Shown one piece after another: positions 37,878-48,510 of a stretch of DNA of 64,000 nt. A program made the position numbers and the translations under genes. Numbering within the stretch: the first letter of the stretch is position 1; each line of letters opens with the position of its first letter. Source of the DNA: Rhizodiscina lignyota (taxonomy: Eukaryota); the NCBI GenBank assembly GCA_010015805.1, contig ML978124.1, forward strand, positions 682,001 through 746,000, written 5' to 3'. The notes below the pieces were generated by a model. It saw nothing but the letters and a program-made list of their open reading frames with translations. It ran no database searches and had not been told where the DNA came from.

Positions 37878-39548
37878 ATGGCCCAAAATACCGCGACAAA
37901 CGTGATCACATACGTCGGCGTTCCCCTCGCCGTCCTCGGCGTCCTACCTACACTCAGCACAACGATCAAGTCCATCATCACCGCTCGCGCGATCCAGCAC
38001 TCCCTCTTCGCTAATGGCGTCCACGATGCTCTGACACGCTCCTCCCTTCTAAGCGGAATCATCGAAATCGAAGTACCGAGAAAATCCATAACGCCGCTGG
38101 AAAGGAATGAAAAGGGATATTGGGATATGAATGAGCACAGAAGCAGTCTGAGAGGTGGAAGCTGGACGACTTTCTACTGGAAGGAGATGGTTATTGGCGT
38201 GAAGAGCTATCGCGTTCAATATCATGACGAACTGGTGCAGCCGCAAGCCGAGATTGGGTTCGAGGCGCTCATCGCATTTCTGCTTGATAGAGGGGCGGTG
38301 CCCAATGTGTCAGGGTTTGCAGATTTAAGAAGCAGTGGCTTGTGGACGCCGGCAGGGACGAAGCTGTTACTGAGTCCGTGTACGAGCGATGCTGTGCTGA
38401 TGGTTGCGCGGAGCGATGATAGCGATGGAATATTGAGTCTGAGCCTGGCATGGGAGGAAAGCTGGGACAAGAGATGGGATGAGAGACTACCACCATACTG
38501 GGTCAGAGTCAGACCATCCAGGAGCAGGAAGCGAAAGCGAACTTCCGGTGCGCAGGATGGCAAGAGCAGTGGAGATGTGGCCGGCAAAGTCAAAGAAATA
38601 AAGGACAAAGAGGAGAACGAAGCATCCGAGTCTACCAGCGTTGTGAGCGAGCCATGTCCCTCTCCGGTACGACTGCGTATAGTCGCCACAGGAGTTGACC
38701 AGGCTTATCACGAAGACTTCCAAAAATCCCCTGTACATCTCCATCATTTTCGACATCCAACCTCTGATCACGCCTCCATGTCCCCTACCTGTCTCTGGTT
38801 CAATGCTGCCATAACCGCATTGGGTGCACCGCTTGGCGGTCTTTGGTCCTTCATCATTCCCAACCACATCAGCACCTTCTCCCACCGCGAATCGATTCCA
38901 TGTGGCGTACTCGTGCTGCTTGGGCTGCTCTCCGATGCCGAAGCCCCAAGCTGGCGCAGTCCAACGGATGAGAACGAGGAGGAAGAGTTGTTCGACAAAC
39001 ACCAGCGCTTCGTGAAGAGCGCGCGAGAGATGACGAAAGAGCTGAGGATGCCACCCGAACAAGCGCGGGAAGCGAGAATGGCGAGAATGCAAGAAGAGGC
39101 AGAACGGATGCAGAGGGATAGGCTGAAAGCGCAGTTGAAACAGGAGAGAAGGGCGGAGAATGAGATGAGAGATGCACTAGCAAGTCCAAGAATTGGTGTG
39201 CAGATAGTGGGCGAGGCGGCGAGGAAATGGTTGATCAAGAGTGAGGAGATGGATGAAGAGTATGGCGCTACATTCAGGGACGTTGTAGAGGCGACGTTGT
39301 ACGATATGGTCAAGGAGCAAGAGCTGGCACATACGGTGGCTGAGATGCTGGAGCGGTGGAGGAACTGGACTGAGAACGGAGGGATGACCAAGTCAAATTT
39401 TGAAGACGTGAAGAAAGAGCTAAAGATATTTTGCTTGGCGGCGTGCATGCTTGCACTCATCAGAGAGACAAATACGCATCCCGCTGGAAGCGTTGTAAGT
39501 GATCTACAAGAATGTCTGCGGATGTGGAGAAAGGTTAGACTGGGCTAA
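37878..39548 (+). CDS. Fungal hypothetical protein with N-terminal hydrophobic segment
   Basis: 556-aa intact ORF; NVITYVGVPLAVLGVLP N-terminus and DLQECLRMWRKVRLG C-terminus; coding-like composition. Confidence 0.8.
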   Translation: MAQNTATNVITYVGVPLAVLGVLPTLSTTIKSIITARAIQHSLFANGVHDALTRSSLLSGIIEIEVPRKSITPLERNEKGYWDMNEHRSSLRGGSWTTFYWKEMVIGVKSYRVQYHDELVQPQAEIGFEALIAFLLDRGAVPNVSGFADLRSSGLWTPAGTKLLLSPCTSDAVLMVARSDDSDGILSLSLAWEESWDKRWDERLPPYWVRVRPSRSRKRKRTSGAQDGKSSGDVAGKVKEIKDKEENEASESTSVVSEPCPSPVRLRIVATGVDQAYHEDFQKSPVHLHHFRHPTSDHASMSPTCLWFNAAITALGAPLGGLWSFIIPNHISTFSHRESIPCGVLVLLGLLSDAEAPSWRSPTDENEEEELFDKHQRFVKSAREMTKELRMPPEQAREARMARMQEEAERMQRDRLKAQLKQERRAENEMRDALASPRIGVQIVGEAARKWLIKSEEMDEEYGATFRDVVEATLYDMVKEQELAHTVAEMLERWRNWTENGGMTKSNFEDVKKELKIFCLAACMLALIRETNTHPAGSVVSDLQECLRMWRKVRLG

Positions 39549-39691
39549 AGAGCTTTGTTAAATGTTCACCTCAGCTCTAACACAAGCTTCCAAAGCGCTA
39601 TTGCTGCGTACGATGCAACTGTTCTCATCCTCCACGACCTTATTTACAGTTTTGAAATACGCCGTCTCCGGTTCACCCCGCACGACTAAAA

Positions 39692-40675
39692 TCAATTTTG
39701 GACATTGGTTATCAAGTCGTCATTGGTCGCCACCTGCCAGACAGCATCGACCAGTCCTTCATCATTATGTCGCATCCATCTCATGCCTCTTGTCCTGTAT
39801 GACTTCCCATCCGGCTGAACAGTGGAACCGTTACTCGCTTTGAATGGACTAGAAAATGTGCCTAGCCAGATGAATTCGATGGCCGTGAGGTGGCCTTCGG
39901 CAAGGATGTATTCATCATGCGCGAGCAAATCCGGGAACGATGTCTCGTATCTATCGAACAAAGCAAGCAACGCATCTCGGCCGTGCTTGGTGCCTTGATC
40001 TGTAAGCACTTGAACATCAGTGGTAGTGAGGGCGGCGTTCGACTTTGTCTTGCGAAGGTTGAAGTTCTTGTTGAACTGCGACGCTACGTTCTTGATCTTC
40101 TCTTGATATTCCTTCTCCGTTGGGGGAGTGCTGATGAGTTTGATATCCTGAAACTTGCCAACCTTCTGTTTCCCGGTTACCTGCAGCTGGAGAATGTCGT
40201 TCTCATTGACCGTGATCAGGCGATTGAGCAGGACATCCTCGTCAAAGAGCATAAACTCGCCGTTGAGTATCTCAATGGCGTTTCCTGATGGCGGTACACC
40301 ATTAAACTCGCCCGTCTGATGTCCCTGGAAGTAGTACAGTATCGCGGCTTTGTTCCCGTCGTTCACGTGGATATGATCGCTGATTTTGATGTCGGGAGCC
40401 CAAGAGTCAAAGCTATCCAATCCCTCTACAAAGGGTTTTCGACCAAGGCTGTCCACGTCATTCGCTGTCCAATCTATGGACACCGACGCCAGGGCACCAT
40501 TTGCCTTCCTACCTGTGTCTCTCTTGTTGAAGTTCATGTGGAAGGTGGCAGAGTTCTTGGCCAGCTGTTTCTCGTATGATGGCGAGAAAGGCGCGGTGCA
40601 AAGGAGAGGGGTTGAGGAGCATGATGCGGCAACGGCCGGTGAAACAAGGACGTTCAAGAGCGATTGTGGACGCAT
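39692..40675 (-). CDS. Putatively secreted tandem SnoaL/NTF2-like (ester cyclase-like) protein
   Basis: Signal-like N-terminus; two units with F/APD(I/L)...GH.TG.FNGVPPSG and SFPDL...GTFSSPF...PDGKSY. Confidence 0.7.
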   Translation of the reverse strand: MRPQSLLNVLVSPAVAASCSSTPLLCTAPFSPSYEKQLAKNSATFHMNFNKRDTGRKANGALASVSIDWTANDVDSLGRKPFVEGLDSFDSWAPDIKISDHIHVNDGNKAAILYYFQGHQTGEFNGVPPSGNAIEILNGEFMLFDEDVLLNRLITVNENDILQLQVTGKQKVGKFQDIKLISTPPTEKEYQEKIKNVASQFNKNFNLRKTKSNAALTTTDVQVLTDQGTKHGRDALLALFDRYETSFPDLLAHDEYILAEGHLTAIEFIWLGTFSSPFKASNGSTVQPDGKSYRTRGMRWMRHNDEGLVDAVWQVATNDDLITNVQN

Positions 40676-42961
40676 TGTCGATAAAAAAAAAATGGATATC
40701 AGAATGACTGGATTGGGTGACTGTCGTGCCGCGAACGCTCAAGAATGGATGAACGACAGTGAAGTCACTTTCGGCGCGCTCTGCTTCGTGAAACGATTAT
40801 TGGGTTGCCCTCCAATTTATATTGAAGTCCATCTTTGTCGAGACGCTCTTCCCATTGCTTTCATCGCGTATTCGCTGAACCGGGTGAAAGACTATTATCA
40901 TTTTATTGCTGTATGTCGATTCCTAAGCGTGCTCGTCGACTCCGGTGAAGCTTCCCTCCCGTTCATCGGCAGCATCGTATCGTCTAGCAAAGAAAGAATG
41001 ACGCTAAACACGAACTGGTGGAGCGGTTGAAGAAGGGTGAAAGGAATGCTGCCGTCAAAGGGTAGGAGGCTTAGTCACCGCCAACTGGCGCTTTAAAATG
41101 AAATGATTCCTAATTGTTGGGCCCCCTTCGAGATGCAAATCGAGATGGTGATCAACGAAAACAGATACTAGCAAGGAGTGGAATTGATGAATGGAAAGAC
41201 TAATATCAAATGATAAAAGAGACGATAGGAGGATGGAAAATTGGCATGATCATCTGTGACTAAGCTCACCGACTCCCGCCAATTTTGCTCCTGTTCACGA
41301 CCTGTAGAGCGCCACAAAGCCACCAGGTAATTATACTGAGATTTCTTCGCGTATCTAAGCTCATAGATAGTGAATCAATGTGCATCTTTCAAGGAGACTG
41401 GTCGCGAACTGTGCACAGCTGAGGCTGAGAACTTTGCAAAGGTGAACGCGATCTGATGAGAGTGGGTATTCAACACAGAAAAGCGGAAATCCTAACCACA
41501 GTGAGGGCATATCGGATATCCATCGGGCAGTGGCTTGAAGCAGCTCGCCTTGATGAGAGACGCTCAGGCCGTACATAGTCAGTAGTACCTTGGGCACACG
41601 ACATGATGACATACCCTGCGAGTTCGGATGACAAGACCGTACAACCTTGGAATTCATTTACAGAGACCTCGAAGAAATGCTCAATCATCATGCTGTGTTC
41701 ATTCAGACTTGCGAGCATTATACAAACGAGGGAAGGAGACGTTGCGAAGGAGGGTGGTGCGGAAGGCTGTGTGATCTCGCTGCAAGTTAATGGGCACATG
41801 ATCAGTGGCCAAAGAATGCGGAGAAGTGCTTGAAAAGGGAATCGCTCAAATGTACTCCGTAGTTGAGCACATTGTGAAGGGTGAAGAGTACTTTCAGCCG
41901 CATGCTTTGCTTGGTTCACCGTTCAATGGTCTTCGTCGTGGGCGCTGTGGCGCATGGCATATTCCAAAAGGAGCTTGAGCAGTTTACGATTATTTATGTG
42001 CTTTGGATGTTGGGTATCGCCTGGCCAATGCCGTTGCGTTACAGACGGCATTTTATCCATGCCCTGCGTCGATCTGGCGGGTTATGGGGGCCAGGGGAAG
42101 GCTTAGCAACTTAAATCTAGGTACCCCGGACCCGTCATTGGGTGCCGATCACCCCCTATCCGTATACTTTCCTCAAGACAGCTCCCTAGTGCTCAATGCC
42201 ATTCGCACCTACAACCTTGACTTGCCAAGTAAGTACCTGAACCTCACAATACTGCTTGGTTGATTTTTACGATGATGACCGCTAGGCATTCTCCAGTTAC
42301 GGAGGGTGTGGCCGTACTCGCAAAGGGATGGATGGCTGCACTCGAAGGCTACCTACAGAGTGCCGAATCAGATCCACCTTCCATTGCACGGAACTCTGGC
42401 TCCAGAATTCTATCTTTGTACTTTTCTGATGATCTCACTGTTTCTCCTCGTATCCCGTGTCACTTTGTAAAGAGTAAAAGGTTCAATCCTATGGGACGCA
42501 AACTAGGAATCTATGGCGCTGGAATGTCCTGTTGGGCCATTTCCGCTCACCTCGCCGAGACTTCTCACCACTTCTCGTATTTGGTATCACATTAACCAAC
42601 TCAACAACTGGATGCCCCAAAGACATGCAAATTGGATGAGTAAGATTCAGCTGCAGGTACCCGACCCAGAGCGAGCTGAGAAGTAAAGATCAATGCTTGA
42701 GGTGGAGTAGCGAGCTGCTATTGGACTTGCCTACCATCCAAGCTTGCTATCTGGCTTCGTACGAGTAACTTCGCCTTCAGTATGCGAGGCCGAAAGGGCT
42801 CTAGAGTTATGCTACCTCGAGTATATAAAGTGGTCAAGATTCGTACTTTCTGCTCGACATCAGCGACAACAGCGACAACAGCAGTCTGACAATTCATCAT
42901 CTCACGGAGCAACAAGTCCATTCTTTTATTCAAGTTCACTTCTTCAAGTTCTCCAGCAGCA

Positions 42962-43487
42962 ATGGCCAAGTACGCTTTCACCGCTCTCTTCACTCTCTTC
43001 GCCGCTCAGGCTCTCGCCGCCCCGTCGGCCAACCCAATTGAAAAGCGCACCCCCGGCGGTGTAAGTCTCAAACAGATGCTTCATCTTTTCTTGCCATATT
43101 AAACGTACTTTCCAGATCTATATCTGCACGGATATCAACTGGTCTGGCGAGTGCGGCTACAAAGTCCAGCCTCTCAACACTTGCATTCACCTCGATGACC
43201 CCTGGTACCACACCATCTCATCCTTTGGCCCTGACCAGGGTACTTCTTGCCAGATGTACAGGTACGTAGACGCAACCATGAACCACAATACGCATCATGG
43301 CTGACACAGCTGTTAGTGACAAGAATTGCAACTTCCCCATTGGCTCCGGCATTGGCTATCCGGGAGTGGCCGATATGGTAAGTCAAAATCGCCACACCAC
43401 CAAAAGTTTCTAGGATATTTTACTAACAGATTCCAGACCAAGGACGGATTGAACGACCAAGTCGGTGCCTTCAAGTGCCATACTTAA
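42962..43487 (+). CDS. Small secreted Cys-containing protein, beta/gamma-crystallin-like, with Kex2 propeptide; three introns
   Basis: MAKYAFTALFTLFAAQALAAPSANPIEKR-TPGG|IYICTDINWSGECG..NTCIHLDDPWYHTISSFGPDQGTSCQMY|SDKNC..YPGVADM|TKDGLNDQVGAFKCHT. Not captured by the ORF track. Confidence 0.8.
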
Positions 43488-43655
43488 GGCAATAGACTTC
43501 CGAGTATGCTCGGATAGTTTACTGGGGCGTCTGAGAGAGATTTCCCTGGGGTTTCTCACAAACTTTGGCATTTTGCCAACTTCTGTTGCTCCTATTATTA
43601 GATAGTGTTTACATTGAATACCATGTCACTCGTTCAATCATACAACGAATCCACA

Positions 43656-44200
43656 TTATATAATTTTAAGATTCGTCGGGTCGTTGCCTGCTAGTAAAAG
43701 GGATCTGCGGTCCCATTGTAACGGTTCGCCTGAGTTGAAGGTATCAGTCCGACCGTCTGTCTCCACATGATTCGACATGTAATCTGCTCCAATAAAAGCG
43801 TTGGGCTTATTCCGACCACGGCAGTTCAGGGAAAGGAAAAGGTATCGACAAATGAGTAGATCTTCCAACTTGATCATTGGCCATATGTACGATTCGCGAT
43901 CTCGTCCCAGACATCTCTCACATATAGCTTTCGTAGCGATTCTTTTGTCCTGTATGCTAAAATGTCCGGGTGATGTGACACGGACGTTGACGGCCATGCA
44001 GTGAGCAGCATTTCTGCGCTGGCCTTTTGTTTTCTCCGACCATCGCTTCCGTATGACGCTTTCGTGTCTTTCCATGATACTGTTCAGTAAAGTCTAATCG
44101 TTGATGATATTCGTCTACCTGGAGCGCGCTTCTGAACGAATTTTCTCAGGTGGAACACGCGGTTGAACGCGTTCTTCGTGGCAACACATTTTGATTCGTT
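43656..44200 (-). pseudogene. Remnant of a fungal hypothetical-protein family
   Basis: MERHESVIRKRWSEKTKGQRR...RESYIWPMIKLEDL...LNCRGRNKPNAF, with frameshifts and early termination. Confidence 0.5.
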
Positions 44201-45293
44201 TGTGCAATTCAATCGAATGTTTGGAAAAAAAATACTCGGAGCGCTGCTCATATCAGGTGTACAACTTCATCAACTCGTTAACCACATCTTGACTCTCGTC
44301 TATGTCTACCGATTGTCTGCTGACGAACGACAAATGCATACACCAATCAGATATCTAGACAAAGACGAAACGAGGTGAAGATGAGAGAATGTGAGGAAGC
44401 ACCAAGCTTCGATTAATGTATTCAAACCACCGGCCAGCCCCTGAGAACACACCGCCAAATATAATGCCTTGGAATCAAATACCTGCTTCCGCAATCTCTT
44501 ACAACCGCAACAGCGTAAAATTAACCATGACAGAACCCCTCATGTCAAATGATGCTAAGTTCTAAGGCTGGACAACTCGTCTGGTTGTCGAACAATGACG
44601 AAAACGGAGGTTTCTCGAGTTTCGAATGGCGATCTCGAACAGGTCGTGAACGCGTACCTCAAGGATCGGCCCGATCCTCTCACCAAGCACCCAGCTTCTT
44701 AATCTTAAGTCGGCCCGAAAACGCGTCGTCTTTTGAACTCAAATACTACCTACCTCTTCCTACGGTATTGCCACAATCAATCGTAATGCGACATGAGCAA
44801 CTTCGTATCTATTCGACATCGACGTAGCCTTGAATCTTCAGCACTAAAATCCACTCTAATGCGGATTGGTCTTTTGAACCTGGTCCCCACGCCCTCAACA
44901 TGCGGGCTTTAATTCCGGGTTTCAGAGCAAAAGATGGTCATCTCATGCTTCCATCTGGAATGAGCCTTCTGATCTGCTATGTATTCCTACATGTCATTCG
45001 GAATACGGCAACTCACATCAATCGTGTAGACGAGCGCTATTCTCGTCTCCTCAGATATTTAGAAATGAAAAACTTGAGAGCGGTTCTATTTCGTTCTGTT
45101 GCGCGTGTATCTCAATCGATCATCAATCCTTTCATTTGTCCAATGCTAACTTCCGAACTAGCTAACTCTGAATCTCTTTGATTGACACACAGGCTATCCA
45201 AATCCAATTCGGCCGTGTCGACTTGTGTTGAACAATTCAACATTTGACGGACATCTCGCAATCAATCAAGACTATTTAACAGAAGCGCTTACT

Positions 45294-45731
45294 TCACATC
45301 TCTTTTCTCTGAGGGATGCTGATAAGCTCAGCTGGCTGTCTCTTCTCGGAAGGGTTTTGGTAGAGCTCTCGCGGGTCCCTCTTCTCTGATGGGTTTTGGT
45401 AGAGCTCCCCCGGGTCTCTCTTCTCGGAAGGGTTCTGGTAGAGCTCTCCCGCATCTCTCTTCTCAGAAGGGTTTTGGTAGAGCTCTCCCGGGTCTCGCTT
45501 CTCAGAGGGATTTTGGTAGAGCTCTCCTGCGTTCCTCTTTTCAGAGGGGTTTTGGTAGAGTTCTGCTGGCATAGCATCAGGAACCCGAACAGCCAAACCT
45601 ATATGCTAATTAGTGGTAGGAAACAAGCGGTGGACGAAATATATCTTACCTGGACTTGCTGGAAGAGCAGCTGCCATTGCGACCGCGAGAAAGGCGCTTC
45701 CGGCCAAGATTTCAAGAAGAGGAAGCTGCAT
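45294..45731 (-). CDS. Kex2-processed repeat peptide precursor (dikaritin-type RiPP precursor candidate); intron 45599-45649
   Basis: Signal peptide MQLPLLEILAGSAFLAVAMAAALP followed by six 13-aa units [N/D][A/P][G/R]ELYQNPSE-KR (39-bp DNA repeat). Confidence 0.88.
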
Positions 45732-46532
45732 TTTGGCTTGTCTTGCGAATTAGAGAAGACAATGTTTCTTTGGCGATGTTTCTTGGTATTCCTCCCCGTC
45801 GCTTTGCGCATTTGTTCCTTTATATACATCCATTCATACAGTTTCGCGCGAGTCTGAGCCGGAGTCACTGCAATTTGCAATAGCAATGCCGGTGCATGTC
45901 ACCAAATTCACCCGTCCTTATCAGTCTTACGTCCGGTACAGTCTTTGCATATTCAACATCACCTTCCGGTTCTTTCGAATAATTTGCCCATCCTCAACCA
46001 ACATGAGGCAACTGCTATGTAGAATGGGGCGGCCCGTGCCGAGCAGTATGTACCTTGTCACCTTACTAATACTAGCGCCTTCTTAAATCTGTCGTACTGT
46101 CGTATCCTCGCATCGTGGAATTATACTGGAATCTCCTCTTTAACAGGACAAGGCGCGATAAAAGTGGTCCATTGTGCTCGTCGCGGAAGGCGCAAGCCTC
46201 GTGTCATTGCGTCAATGCTACGATTGCAACCCTCACCATCTCCGTTTGAACTCTGTGAATTTTATCTACCTCCCAATTTCGGAATTAATGCGCTGCGTTA
46301 CCAACCACTGCAAGATAAGGGAAGGAAACGAAACCGCAATAATTCCCACAAATGATCGACGGTTAGATGCGGTATTATGCAGTGTTTGCCCGCTTCCTTC
46401 TACCGCTTCGGGGAGAGAATAAATGCATTTCTTGTCCATACGGTCCATCATCGATTGCCGAAAGCTGTCTCATCATTTCTTCCTCCAGCGCTGTTCCGTT
46501 GTCTTTCTCATGATTTCGTCTGTCAGTCCAAG

Positions 46533-47494
46533 ATGATTTCGTTCTCTAAACTTCAGGAAAGGCTGCGTCCAAGCAGTCAGTATCTGCGAATTGAAGAAGG
46601 AGACAATGAGGAGCTGAAGATTCAGACCTCTCCTGAGCCTTCTCAAACCCGCACAACCTGTTACCGACGTAGCTTTCTCCTGTCAGGCCTTCTCAATGTC
46701 ATACTCGCTGGGGCTTGTCTCTCTCTGAGCCTTCGAAGCTGGAGCTGGCACGACAACGGAGTAACAGAGCCCAAGGATACTTCCTTTGCTTCCTCGGGAT
46801 TTTACTGTAAGTGGGATGCGCTGATAACGTTGCGAGTAAGTAACAGTTCATAGCTCCATTGACCGACAGAGTCGATCTCACGCCCAGGTTAACCACTCTT
46901 AACGGCACGTTTCTTGACGAACATGATCCAGAAAATCCTCTTCGCCTGCTTCCCGGCGAGAAGGCAGACAGCGCATGGAAGGCTGTATCAGAAATCCAGT
47001 ATATCACTGTCTCGCATTCCGAAGTCATCAAGCTCGGCAGAGACCCCGCTGCACTGGTCCGCGCTCCAGAAGAATGGGGATTCGGCTCTGACAGATACAT
47101 CGCCATGATGGATCTCACGCATCAGCTGCACTGTATCAACTACCTCCGGAGGGCCGCATTTCCGGACTACTACAAGCGAGACATGTACAGGAAGCCCGAA
47201 TTCTATGAGCAGCATACCATGCATTGCGTGTACATGCTGTACCAGAATGCGATGTGTGCAGCGGGAACTGAGGTGATCACGTATAATTGGCTTGAAGGAC
47301 AACAGTTCCCCGTTCCGGACTTTTCGATTAACAAGATGTGCAGGAGTGGTGATGCATTGCTGGAGTATGAGAGGGAGAACATGGTAGAGGACTTGATCGA
47401 GCGAAGGAGCAAGATGACGAGACCGGAAGACGCGGTTGTCTTGCCTGTACCAAAGAAGTTGAAGGCGTGGCTGGAATGGCTCGAAACAGCTTGA
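46533..47494 (+). CDS. UstYa-like / DUF3328 oxidase; intron 46807-46853
   Basis: N-terminal transmembrane segment, YSP motif, two HxxHC motifs (HQLHCINYLRR; HTMHCVYMLYQNAMC), W...PDFS...CR tail. Confidence 0.93.
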
Positions 47495-47804
47495 GAGTTA
47501 TGTGAAAATATATGTAGAATGTGACATAGAAGCATTTTGTCGTAAACATACCTCTAGACAGTCATATATGTGTTCCTCTATTTCAATACAAAGTCATACC
47601 CCATTTTTACAGCACGCACGCGACCTGATTGTATTTGCTGAACGTCCAAATTTGCGTTCGGCACCCTTTGCCCCGAACCACGAGCCGCATACTTGCTACC
47701 AGAGCGATATGATTTATGGCTTCCGTACAATTGTGTAGCTTGTATAAAAGCTACTACTTTTCTATTTTCTCAAGCTACAAGTTGAACATTATATCGTCTA
47801 ACCA

Positions 47805-48292
47805 ATGGCATCAAAAGAACCACCCCGCAGAACCGCACAATTCATCTATTTAAAGCCAGAGCACCTCGACGAATACAAAGAAATCCACGAAAAAGTATGG
47901 TCCGAGGTCCTCCAAGCAATAAAAGAATCGAACATTGCAGACTGTACGTCAGGACAACTAGGACACTCATAGATTTCCTCATTCGATTACCCACATGAGG
48001 CTTTGCTTCTACTTTCCTAATTCGCCGAGTCCCGCATTATCACGAGAAATGAACTAATCATCCAATAGACTCCATCTTCCTCTCGCTCACTCCGCGTCCG
48101 ACGCTATTTGCTAGTTTCAAGTATGTCGGAAACGACTACGACTCCGATATGTTGAGGATGGCTTCACACCCCAAGGTCCAAGAGTGGTGGCGTCTCACAG
48201 ATGGCATGCAAGAGAGTCCCATTCCAGGTGCGAAAGGAAGCGCGGAGGGGCCTTGGTGGGGGCAGATGGACGAAGTATTCAGACTGGAGTGA
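47805..48292 (+). CDS. L-rhamnose mutarotase-like (DUF718) protein; one intron about 47944-48068
   Basis: LKPEHLDEYKEIHEKVWSEVLQAIKESNIADY|SIF...FKYVGNDYDSDM.RM...KVQEWW..TDGMQES...WW..MDEVF. Confidence 0.85.
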
Positions 48293-48510
48293 AAATTTGA
48301 TTTCTCGTGGGGTCGGTTGGGTGGTTTTCAAGTTCTGAGATTGTAGTATCTACAAGAGAGAAAGAGCCGTAAATCAGCAACGCAGAGTCATTTGCCACGC
48401 TGTTTGATCGTATTGAAACGAGCGCATCTGCAAAAAGTCATTCATTATTCAGGTATCGTCACGCCAACGCCAAACCCAAGTCGTCAATTCAAGCCTGTTA
48501 CGCAGTCTCA

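Noticed and set aside
41361..42114. Possible continuation of the 43.6-44.2 kb pseudogene
   Set aside because: Similarity too weak to claim.
45330..45570. 39-bp tandem repeats resembling a CRISPR array or minisatellite
   Set aside because: No unique spacers; the repeats are in-frame coding units of a spliced, signal-peptide-bearing eukaryotic precursor.
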